Shown one piece after another: positions 38,320 through 60,612 of a DNA stretch of 64,000 nucleotides. Below the pieces are notes generated by a model that was not told the origin of the DNA, did no database searches, and saw only the letters and a program-made list of their open reading frames with translations. The stretch is from Antedon mediterranea. Taxonomy: Eukaryota > Animalia > Echinodermata. The stretch covers positions 10,810,101-10,874,100 of the forward strand of contig NC_092677.1 in the NCBI RefSeq assembly GCF_964355755.1. Reading direction: 5' to 3'. The number at the start of each line of letters is the position of its first letter. Within the stretch, counting starts at the first letter, position 1. The translations under genes were made by a program, and so were the position numbers.

Positions 38320-41300
38320 TTATTCATTAAATTGTTCTTCATTCCAACGATTTTCATCGTCAATGTCTGTATGATACGATCTAGTCTCATCTAATTTGTC
38401 TTCATCCTCACCATAATACATGTCCTCCTCCATGTCCATTTGTTCTACACTCGGAGCTGTCGGGATAACCACCACTACATTTTGATCGACATCTCTATTA
38501 ACAGCCTTCATTATCATGTAACTTATTAATATGAAAAGAAAGAATGTCACTAAGCAGACAACGATGGTGATGGTAATAACTACTCCCAGTTGTCTGGTGC
38601 CTTCTGGACTGGAGGGGTTATAGCTGTTTTGTGCCTCAGCTGAAATCAAACAAAATAGTTCATAATGTGTGTTGACCTGGGCCTCCCTGATAATAATAAA
38701 AAATAAAGTTGAATTGAATTGAAGCTTGGTTTCCACGTTAAGCGCGCGCACCGTAAGTAATTTGACCAATCGCGATGGAGAACCACGGCATGTCGCTTGT
38801 GATTGGTCAAATCTTGTGAACTGCTGCAACAATACATGGGGATCAGTAACATAACGTAGACCTAAATCCTTGAATTACATTCGAAAACTACATTTGTTAT
38901 TGAACAGTGCTATTATATTAACAGAAAGTAGGCCTAATGTAATCGTCATGCTCTCCTCTTACCCTCGCATAGGTCACCCTCAAATCCCGCATCACAGGTA
39001 CACACACGGTTACCATTGTTCCTTATTTGACAACGACCATTGTTTTGACAGGGCTGGCTTGAACACGCATCACCTTGGATATAAAGAAAAAGTTAATTTA
39101 ATATTTTACGTAATTTTACAACGAAGACATATCGTAGTAAGCCTTATATAAAATATTAGGGGTCCGCTCATGCTTCTTAGCGGGTAAGTTGGTGTTATGA
39201 GCCAATTATCTCTCTCTTTTGATGTTAGGTCACCATAGCATGATGGATGAATCGGGTCCAAGGTAACTTTAAGTTTCCATTAAGTCACGTCTCATATCTA
39301 AATTGATGACTATTATAGGCCTTTTGTTGTTATTATATTGGCCATTGATTCCAATAAGCTTCATTATCATACAGTCATATATATTTTTTAATACATTTAT
39401 ATTAGTCTTTATAGTTTCGTTTATTTTCACTTTTGAAAAGAAAACCCGAGTCGAGTATATTAACGAACAGAAAACCCTATTAATTTTCGTATTGAAAAGC
39501 GACGTACCTCTCCAGTAAAAAAAACCCACCTTGACAATCCACACCCGCGTCTCTTTGATGACTACACAACTCAGAATCAGGATTTTTAGTGTACGTGCAT
39601 TCACTTAGATTGCTTTCACTGCCGTTGCATTTAAAGCCTGCAAAACCCACAGTTCCGGTACCTTCACCGAACCTATAATATTCAACAAATAATCAAATAA
39701 TTAAAAACTGTGTTTTAGTAATTTTAAAAAGTCGAATGTGAACAATTATTCGTTTATCTGATTATAATATCCTCCTCACTAACTTTGTTAAAATATCACA
39801 TCTAAATGCGTTACATTTTGTAAGGTGAAACGCTTCGTGCGTTTAGCATACAAAAGTATGACGCATTGCCTCAAATTGGTGTGATACAGTACTTACAAAG
39901 CTTTGCGTACAGCAACGGCTCTAGTTTGTTCAAGTCGGCCTGTAAAATGACGACAGGCAACTTCTGCATCGTTATCATCCCATCCTTCGTCGCAAACGGT
40001 GACCCAGTTGCCATCCATATACAGTTCAACACGACCTTCAGTATCACTCTCAGATAAACGAATATCATAGTCTAAATTAGAGGCATTATTACTAAATTAG
40101 TCAAACATTGACATGATGATATTTAAAAAAGATGAAAACTTAAGATAAGCATGGTAATGGAGGAGATGATGGTGAAAATGAGAACGTTGTTATGGTGATA
40201 ATTAGACAGGTATTTGAGGATTGTGGTGAGTAAGCTCTGTCTACACCTATGAAACTAAAAAAAGTTTGATGTACCCATGGTAGTGATATGCCCAAATATG
40301 ATAGTGATATGACATCATCATGTCCGTTATGGGCACATCACATTTTTTGTCACATAAAGTTTGATAGTGTAGACAGAGCTTATAAGGAATGATGAAGATG
40401 GCTGTACATGCTGGGAGAGTGAGAATGATGGTAAAATAAAAACAATATAGTTTGACCCCAAAAAGTGATGTGCCCAAGTATGATAGTGATATGCATATAT
40501 GGGCACATCACAAAGTATTATGTGTAGACAGAGCGTACTACCTTTAAAGCATCGTATCCCAGCAACCTGCGCACCAGGACAATCCTGAGCCTCTACGATA
40601 ACCGATTCATTTTTACACTCCGTCAGATTCTCCTCGTCTCCATTGCAATCAAATTCATAGTAGTGTATTCTACCTTGCCAGCCACTGAACTTAAAGTTCC
40701 TAACGCAAAAAAAACCACTTATATTATATTGAATTTGTGGAAGTGCACGTGTCGAAACTAAAACTGGATTGTGGTGGTCACGACGGTCCATTATTATTTA
40801 TTTTTTTCATGTATTAAATGCAAGAATGGAATCTCGTGGGAATAATGAGTATTTCATCATCTGATTAGAATTGTACTCATTGTACACTAACCAATTGAAT
40901 TTCACCACACTAGAACAAACACACAAATGTGAACTTCCACCCAATCATCGCACAACCACCCCCGGGATAATGGTGGTAACATGGTCGACTCAATGCTTAG
41001 TAGGTAGGCCTACGCACTACTACGACGCAGCGCAAGCGAACTGATCAACCGAGGATCCACCGCCGCGTCTTATGATTGGTCAAAGGTCATGTACTTAATG
41101 TAATAGTTCTTACTGAGAGCCAACATATGCAATTCCTGAATTGCCGAGACCTAGCTGTCTACAGGCCACTGCTGCATCATTGTCGTCCCACATGTAATCG
41201 CATATCCTGCCTTCATATTTACTGTCTATTAGTGTGACAATGAATCCCTCGTAATCAGTCCCTCCTCGCAAAGATATTGTAAATTCTGTTAAAAACGAAT

Positions 41301-41766
41301 AATGTATTAAAAAAATATTTGAAGTGAGATCGAAGGGAAGGAGGGGTTGACGGAAATTAGAATGAAACATCGGTTTAAACGTTAGGCCTATTGTGGAGGT
41401 ACTAAGTATTTAAAGAAAAAACAATTCTCTGTGTTATGAGATCATCTACGAACTTGTTATGTATGAAAAAATAACAAAATACTGAGCATGGGTTGTTGTG
41501 GTTAATATAAGTACTGTACAGTAATATAAACGTAAAGTATTGTCAAAAAATGGGCCGCTTTTGATACCATTGCCTCTAACATTTTTTTAAAAATCTATAA
41601 TACAGCAAGCCTATTAAAGTTTTAAAAACTTACTAACAACAGTATGCCTGACTAATTTAATGCAATTTGAGTTTAGTCTACCTGAGTGACGTAATACAAG
41701 GTACCTACCTGTCAGTCCATTGACTAATACCAATAAGTTGGCCAAGAACGCAGACAAAGTGCGCAT
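38320..41766 (-). CDS. SRCR-SRCR-EGF type I membrane receptor, copy B (~378 aa, intact acidic Tyr tail)
   Basis: Exons 41766-41709, 41285-41114, 40699-40542, 40071-39897, 39672-39530, 39073-38963, 38639-38320; 1137 nt in frame. Same domains as copy A; tail ...EEDMYYGEDEDKLDETRSYHTDIDDENRWNEEQFNE. Confidence 0.85.
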
Positions 41767-43298
41767 CTTCAAATACAAATATAGATCAACTATTATTATA
41801 CTCTACCGTCTGATATTTACAGTTGTAATAATATTCTATCAGTAATCATCAGAAACAATGGTAAGACCGGAAATGACGTTGAATTACTCCAGTCCCGAGG
41901 TGGTTCTTTACGATTACGCATAAGGAGGCTATGACGAAGCCAAAATACCAACATAACAAATACAAATTTAAAGTATAAATCTTAGTAATTCATATTAATA
42001 AAACAATATCAATATACATATTTTACAATTTCACATACATGTTAACACCAATAGGCCTACACGACGACGTCGTCAGTTGTTCATTTATAGTTATTTGAAT
42101 AATATGCTTTTTATGCAAATTGTATACAAGTTTCAGCGCATTTCCGTCACGGAAGCGGGCGTTGCATAACTGTGGTATTATTGGGAATTCATTCATATTA
42201 TACTTGGTCAGGAACACACTATTTTCATTCAAACAGTCCCTATTGCTTCAAAATTAGTCAAACACACACAAAAAGCAAAACGATTCTCTATATATGCCTA
42301 TATGCATACGTTAATGATTTGATTACTCGAAGTTAATTAGTTAACAACGCAATACGTTTTCAGAGTTATACAATTGTTTTTAAAGTTTCTCGTGCTCTTT
42401 AGAATTGACATTTTTGTATTTTAGTAAATGTCGATGACGTGATGACGTCATCATTTATCAAACTTTGACAGCGTGTTCTAAATTTAGATTAGACGGTACA
42501 CATGACGTTCCTAGCTAGGCCAGCCTCTTTGATACCATCTCTTATACGTTCTCGCAGCCTAGTATTAGTACAAATTATAATGAGTGGACTAAGTAAGCCT
42601 ATTGAGAAAGAATTTGAAAAAAAAGTTTGCTAGTTGCGTGTAGACAACGAAGTTTAAATATACCGCTTCTGGAAGTAGGCCTATGTTTGACAGCGCTACA
42701 CGGAGCCAGCCAGGACCAATAAGTAAGTAAGTAGGCCTATTTGACGCCTGAGTGAGTAAGCCTAGCTAGTCTCCAATGTGTGCCTCTCCCTTCTTGGGCC
42801 TAGCTAATGTAAGACTTTATCATCATGTCATAGACAAAGCAGGCTTACAGTATTTAAGAGACTGAGAGAGAACCTCTTCTGGTTGTAATTTCTCCAGGTA
42901 TCTAAATATAATATGATAATGTTTATAATAATAATAATTTAAAACTTAACATTATATCATATATTTAAGTTAAGTAGGCCTAATCACATTGTTTTGGTTT
43001 TTTTTTTGTACTAATGTTTAGTTCTATTTTGTTACGGTTCAGTCATGTTTAAAGCACTTGTGCCTATGTTGTATCCCATCCATTATCATTGTGTTATTGT
43101 AGTTTGTTATTTTGATTATGGAATAAAAATGTCGATGATTGATTGATTATTAGACCCTCGCTCGGTAGCTCCACAGCAGGTCTATGTTTTAATATGAACA
43201 TATTGTTGTCAATTTCTTTTTTGATAGAATTGCTAGGTCCAACGATAATCCTGTCCTTGTACCACCAACAAATATAAAGTTTACAATGATATATTTTA

Positions 43299-46996
<3,698 letters not shown>

Positions 46997-48343
46997 TTTG
47001 TTATTATTCCTTTGGATTTCGTTTGTCGTGAGCACAATGACATTTATCAGGAAGAACCGGTAAGTAGACCGGACATGATGGAAAACTCACTCTCGCACGA
47101 TTTTACGTCACAACAAACTCGTCTCTACAAAAACAATACAGATTAATACTCATAAAGTTTAATCACTAGTTGTAGTAGTGTACGGCGGCGGCGTACAACC
47201 ATACAGCTTAAATTAAATATACACACGCGTGTCGCGTTTACAGCACGTGTGTCGCGTTTACAGCACACGATTGGTCTAAAGTTTGTTGCCGCACGTACAC
47301 GTATACAACGATACCATTGACATCACGTTACTACGAAAACCTCTATAAATACGTGTAGTAAAATAATTGAATAGAAATATAGTAAAAATATTTGAGGACT
47401 AAAATACGGAAATGACAAGGCTTAACCAGAGGAAGAAGCCGGATTATTTAACTGTTGTTAATACTTCCTCCTCAAATGATTTAGAATGTCATTGCCATGA
47501 AATGCCAATTGTCATAATAATCCGTAAGAGAAATAATAATAATTATAATTGAATAGATTTAGAAAAAAGTATAGAAATTATTAATATTCAAACTAGAGTA
47601 GAACCCATATCAAAGATGCGGAAGGTGGAGGCATTTTCGGGACCCAACAAAGTGTCCTGTTAATAGGGGTTGACCGTAGTGTTAACACATACAATATTAA
47701 AGTGTCCAATAGATTTCTCAGTAATATTGTTGTATAACGCTATTTAACACTGCCTAGCAAAACTCAGGAGTAAAGCTCTGTCTACACTATCAAACTTTAT
47801 GCGACAACAAAATGTGGTGTGCCCTTATATGGACAGTTTGATGTCATATTACTGTACTACCATATTTGGGCACATCGCACTTATTTACGCACCATTATAT
47901 ACACACAGGTGTTGACAACCCAATGAGTTTTGTTAGGCAATGTGAAAGTACAGTAGTTACAATACACTACTGTCATCAGTATTGGAAATAAATATGCAAA
48001 CGTGACTCAGATGTTCTCAAGGAAGTGTTTTATTTAAGCAATAAACAAATTGTATTGAATAAACATGTTCTTTGAAACGTGCAATACAATGAATCTAACA
48101 TTCAATTTTGTTCCTCCAATAATTTTTGTTTCATGCTACAGTATTCATTAAAAAAACTGTTGGGAAACTAAATACTTGTTTTTCAATGGATAAGACCATT
48201 TCTATACAATGTATTCTACTAAACTAGCAGACAAATTCTGATGTGGCTTATATACTATTAGTTAAAGTTCTAGATAAATAATCAATCTTAACAATATAAG
48301 TTCACTTCCTTATTCATTATCATTTGCAAATTATGAAAAGGTT

Positions 48344-55135
<6,792 letters not shown>

Positions 55136-55365
55136 TCTGTATTCTGTACAAAAGAGAACAAAATAAAACACTTAAAATGTTATTTAAAACAAATGTTAGG
55201 CCTAGTTTATTATAAATAGTAGGCCTCGGCCTATACTGGATATATATAGGCTGTCTGTCTGTCTCCCCACTCCTATCTAGGCCTAGTCAATGCCTAATTG
55301 AGTGGCAAGCGGTTCAGATGGAACTGTCACTACACAAAAGTAACACATGCAGAGGGCCAGCCTAG

Positions 55366-57365
55366 GGTTTACGATGAAATCGGTCGCGTCTGAAATCGGT
55401 CGCGTTTGAAATCGGTCGCGATAAAATCAACTTCCGGTATTTTGTATGGCGCGCCGCTAGAGCTATAATCCTTTTGATGATATCGGTCGCGCTATACCCT
55501 ATTTTGTATGGATCGAGCGGGATGCATGCTAGAACGGGATATACATTTTTCGTTTATATATATTTAATTGATATTTTTTAGGAACTAGATTATTTATGTG
55601 GATATTTTTTACTTGGTTAATAAATATTTATTATCAATCATTAAATTAATTTTTTTTTTTTGTATTTCACAGGTCTCGGAGAAGGACTGTCTTTTCAAAA
55701 TGGCCATTTCTAAACACGTTTAAATATTATATTAGGCATAATGTTATATTAGGCATATAATAATTTACCTCTATTAATATGTACTGTAATTAATATATTA
55801 TATAGAGAATATACGTCTGTCGTGTCTTTTATTACGCAAACAATTACGTAAAAGAGAGCAATTTATTTAAAAACAAGAATTTTTACAATATAGCCCGTAA
55901 AGCCAGCGTATCCATTTTTATACTTATGCATACTGTGGCAGATTATATCATATCCAATTAACAACATACTATTCGATCACCTTATTTTTATTTCTATTTT
56001 CTAAGTGTATAATGATTATTGTTGAGGCAAATCACGTGTATGTTTTTATTTCTAATGTTTAAAATAGTTTTTAGTAAAATGATCATTTTATGCGGATGGT
56101 TAACAGGCGAGTTACTGAAATAAACCCCCCGAATAAGCCATATTGGAGATGCGCCTTCTATGATCGTGCAGCTGTTTCCTCTAACAATACGTTAATTTGC
56201 TGACAGGGAATCCCCTTTTTAAAAAACACGCACTAGTAGTGTGTCAAATCATGGAGAAAACACGTACGATCGTTGTCCATGGCGAGGTAAAGATGACGTC
56301 TATTACTAATAACCATACATTTGAAAGGTCTATAGGCCTCCTGCACGTGTTTTTGTGAAACGATCCAATGAGCTATAGATGCTCGACGCGATTATGAGAT
56401 CAGGTTCATTCATTCTTTATTTAGCCTTTAAAATCGAAATACATTTAAAACATAGGTAACCAAATCAAGACACGTGGAAATGTAAGGAGGCAAGGATAAG
56501 CAAAAGCAATTAAATCGCTGTAGCTCACAGGCTTGCTTATCCATAATAATTCCGAATAAAGCACTTTTTCTATAATTTGACAGTATGATTTATACGTATA
56601 TACGTCGGCGATACTATAGATTTTAATTTGAATATTTTTTATTTTTTTCTTCATTTATAATAATCATTTGATGTAAATAATTAAGTAAGTGCAACTCAGT
56701 GTCTCGCATTCATACGCCGTTCGTAAATCTAAACGTTTAAATATCAGTGCAGATTACCTCTTTGAGAATTGTGTCCACCTTTATTATCCATACATTATTA
56801 TTATTCTCACATCTATCATCGGCATATTATCTATATATTTTATTAATATCCTAAAACCATACGTAATTGTTTGCATAATAAAAGACACGACAAACGTATA
56901 TTCTCTATATAATATATTAATTACAGTACATATAAATAGAGGTAAATTATTATATGCATAATATAACATTATGCCTAATATAATATTTAAACGTGTTTAG
57001 AAATGGCCATTTTGAAAAGACACCGTCCTTCTCCGAGACCTGTGAAATACAAAAAATAAATTAATTAATGATTAATAATAAATATTTATTAACCAAGTAA
57101 CAAATATCCACATAAATAATCTAGTTCCTTAAAAATATCAATTAGATCTATATAAACGAAAAATGTATATCCCGCTCTAGCATGCATCCCGCTCGATCCA
57201 TACAAAATAGCGCGACCGATTTCAAACGCGACCGATTTCAAACGCGACCGATATAATCAAAAGTATAGCTCTAGCGGCGCGCCATACAAAATACCGGAAG
57301 TTGATTTTATCGCGACCGATTTCAAACGCGACCAATTTCAAGCGCGACCGATTTCATCTGACACC
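55366..57365. mobile_element. Non-autonomous foldback/Mutator-like DNA transposon, 2.0 kb, ~490-bp TIRs, 8-bp TSD CAGCCTAG
   Basis: 55366-~55850 is the reverse complement of ~56860-57365. Subterminal repeats of AAATCGGTCGCG; CAGCCTAG at 55358-55365 and 57366-57373; no transposase ORF recognised inside. Confidence 0.9.
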
Positions 57366-57495
57366 CAGCCTAGTAGCTAGGCCTACATTTCATTTTACGA
57401 TTCTAGTAATCCCAGTATTTCTTATTTGATTCTAAAGTAAAATTTATAGATTCTTTAATAATCAAATTACAGTATACACTTCAGCAAATACTTAC

Positions 57496-57920
57496 CTAAT
57501 TACTCCTTTTGAAAAAAATTAAGAAATAAACAAAACTTCGACGTCCAACATACACACACCACCGCGGCAAAACAACAAAAGTGGGTTTTATATCTTACCT
57601 ATCACGTGTTAAAAATTTCGCGCGAACGAGACTCAAGGAATTCAAACGATTTATAAATAAATCTAAATTTACTCGTCGGTTTTTAAAGTATAGTGTGCTA
57701 CAGAATATTGCAGAAATCAAATGTCAATTTTTTTATTATTTTTTAACAAAATTGATATTTTCATATCACATCACATTTAATTTACAATTGTAATATGAAA
57801 CATCATTTTACTTATGCAAATAAGATTACAGCGGGAAATCCCCTTTTTGAAACCGTCCTCAATCGCACAATCGCATGCAATGCAATACATACAACAAGTC
57901 AATGTGAATTTGGAAATCGG
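57496..57920. promoter_or_regulatory. Bidirectional MCM4/FAAP24 promoter with E2F sites
   Basis: Divergent first-exon donors at 57495 (-) and 57920 (+). TTTCGCGC 57616-57623, GCGGGAAA 57831-57838, E-box CACGTG 57603-57608. Confidence 0.7.
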
Positions 57921-58440
57921 TAAATATTATTTTAAAACTTAAACATTATTATATGTGTAACAACAGAGCAAAGTAACTGACAGGTTCTATGTCCTCCTAC
58001 TTCCTACCTAGATATAGAAGCTAGGCTGTTGATGTACTTTACTTCAAAATTAAACTTACTAGTACTACTACTAGTACTACTATACTAGCTAGCTAGGCTA
58101 GTATAGGCCTAGCTAGTATTAGTAACCTAACATAGCCTAGGGTCCCACATGTAGTAGGCTAAGCCTATAGATAGGGGGAGAGAGAGAGAGATTGTACAGG
58201 CGCGCCTAGGCGGGAATATGTAAAGATAGTGTAGGTAGGCTAGGTAGTCTACTCTGTTCTAATTGTTCCAAGTAGGCCTATTGAAATTTGAATATCTTGG
58301 AATAAATAGCAATTACATAACAATAAATATTTGTTATTAATATTATTTTTTATATTTGATTTTAGCATGAAGTTTTTAAAAATGCTGCAGGTTTTAGTTG
58401 TAAACTTGTTTATAATTATATTGTAAACATTTCCATCAAT

Positions 58441-60115
58441 ATGAGTCATAACCAATCAACATCATTAGTTCCCAGTACACCGACTCATGATAGGGGGCGT
58501 GTACCACCAGGAGCGATCGCTGTCAACATAAAATGGAGAGGTTCGGATTTAGTAAAGTATTTTTCAGGTGATATGATGACAAACATTTTTTGTACATGTA
58601 TAGTAAAATAGATTATTACATGAAATAACTATGTATTGAAAGAAAAATCTCTTCTTCCATCCAGTCATCTTTGATAAATTAAATCATACAAACATTTTTT
58701 TTCCCACAGGCAAAGCAAAAGTAGTTTTTGACAGTCAATTGGACATTGTTGATTTCCATCCATCTCATGACACAGCCATCATTTACGTCTCAGAACAAGA
58801 CATGGTGGCTGGCACCAGTTACAAGAAAAGGATCGTCAAACTCAGGAAGGTATCATTACCAAATATGGACATTTTGATAGTATAGACTGTTACAGCATCA
58901 TAGTTAGTTATAATTGTATCAATTAGAATGCATGGTACCGTGATACTGGTCAATTCCATTAAAGTTGAGATCAAAACGTTTGTTACATGATGCCCAGTTA
59001 TATTGCAAACGGGTCAAAGGCCAAACGTTTCTAATAAAGATATATACTCTTTTTTTAGGTGACCTCAATGAAAGGTGTTGTGTTGGCAGAAAAAACAGAA
59101 ATGAGTAAACAGTATTGCCTAAATCTGCAGAAATTTGTTGTTCTTGAGCTAGGACTAGTTATACTCTTCATTTCAACACCGATTCAAGCAGCCAGCCTAC
59201 TTATAGAAATGGTACAGTATATATATACAGTATAACAGAAATACATTACATCATTCTCATCAGCACAGAGGGCCTCTTCAAGTCAGCTGTACTGCTGTAG
59301 TAACGCTGTTAGAGCTGCTCTTGTAAATCAAATTGGAATAAATAAAATAGTTTTACAAGGTCCAATGCAATTTGACTAATCCCAAGCTACAGTTCACATG
59401 TGTGAAACCAAGCTTAAAACCAGCTATGTATTTTCCTGAATACAGTAGAGTTGCATAATTCAAGCTAATAACCAAACATTATTGTGATATCTTTGTAGGT
59501 ATTAGAAGAAAACAAACCATTTTCAAACCCATTTCGTATAAAAAGAAAGTCACAACCGATAGACATTTCAGTGTTGTCTACTATGAAGCTAGTACCTCGG
59601 CTGGGAGCTGTTAAAGCTAAAGCGTTACTCGTTGAGTTTGGAAGCATTGAAGCGATATCAAAGGCATCTATAAAGGTACAGTGCATTCATATCAGTAATG
59701 TAATCTAAAGCTCTGTCTACACTATCAAATTCTGTGACAACAACATTTGATGTGCCCATATATTGACATGATGATATGATGTCATATATCACTACCATAT
59801 TTAAGCATATTACTACCATATATGGCCACATCACACTTTTTTTGTCAAACTAGTTTGATAGTGTAGACAGAGCTTGGTGCAATTTAAGTCTCTTTGTTCC
59901 AATATATTTTTGTTCTTATAGCACTGTGAGACTGTGAGGCATAGTCTGTGAGCATTTTAAAAGCACTTTATAAATGCTCAGTGTTATAATTATTATTATT
60001 ATTATTATAAATAAATAATTCTAATAATTTCTTTTTTAAGGATTTAACGAAAATTGTTGGACAATCAACTGCCAGCCATATTTATGAATTCTTTAATAAA
60101 AAAGACAAGACCTGA
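58441..60115 (+). CDS. FAAP24: Fanconi anemia core complex-associated protein 24, ~223 aa, 5 coding exons
   Basis: Exons 58441-58567, 58710-58849, 59059-59211, 59499-59675, 60041-60115; 672 nt in frame. VPPGAIAVNIKWRGS, IIYVSEQDMVAGTSYKKRIVKLR, EKTEMSKQY..LQKFVVLELG, HhH VPRLGAVKAKALL. Confidence 0.92.
59708..59875. mobile_element. Full copy of the AAGCTCTGTCTACAC MITE in FAAP24 last intron
   Basis: Both TIRs intact (AAGCTCTGTCTACACTATCAAA / TTTGATAGTGTAGACAGAGCTT). Confidence 0.85.
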
Positions 60116-60612
60116 AAACAAAGATAAACATTTAGTATGGCATGTTTGGTATAAAATAAATGGATACCTGAGGCAGTATGCCGACAAATCATGAGGAAGA
60201 TATTTAAATAAATATATTGAATCATCAGTATTAAGATTTTGTTAAGAGGTGATGACAACTTTGTAAAACTGTAAGACAAACTAAAACATTATAATATTTA
60301 ATATTTATATTAATGCAAAATATTTAATATACAGTATGTTGAATAAAAAAACATTTTTAAAACTTCCTATTTAAGTAGTGCATAAAAAATATAAATTGTC
60401 AGTAGAATATTATGTATAATATTGTACAGTACTGTACTAAAATTTAAAGCTTTGTCAAACTACTTTGACAACAAAAAAGCATGTTAGAAACCAAAAACCA
60501 CGTAAAAAAATTGAAACATAATTGGGATGGTTATTTATAATTTTCTGGCAATTTTTCGGTTTGAAACAACAAAACTTAGTTGACGTCTGGACATAAGCGA
60601 CTAACCTTAGCG

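Larger units (their letters stand above)
29744..42270. repeat. Direct tandem segmental duplication: unit 1 ~29744-36925, unit 2 ~36926-42270
   Basis: Collinear near-identical blocks (e.g. 32200-34350 vs 37720-39860, 36300-36650 vs 41620-41970). Unit 2 lacks ~1.7 kb corresponding to 29924-31663. The junction follows a (CA)n tract at 36912-36925. Confidence 0.93.

Noticed and set aside
55850-56860. Transposase or captured gene in the foldback core
   Set aside because: Only short low-complexity ORFs; no DDE or other motif recognised.
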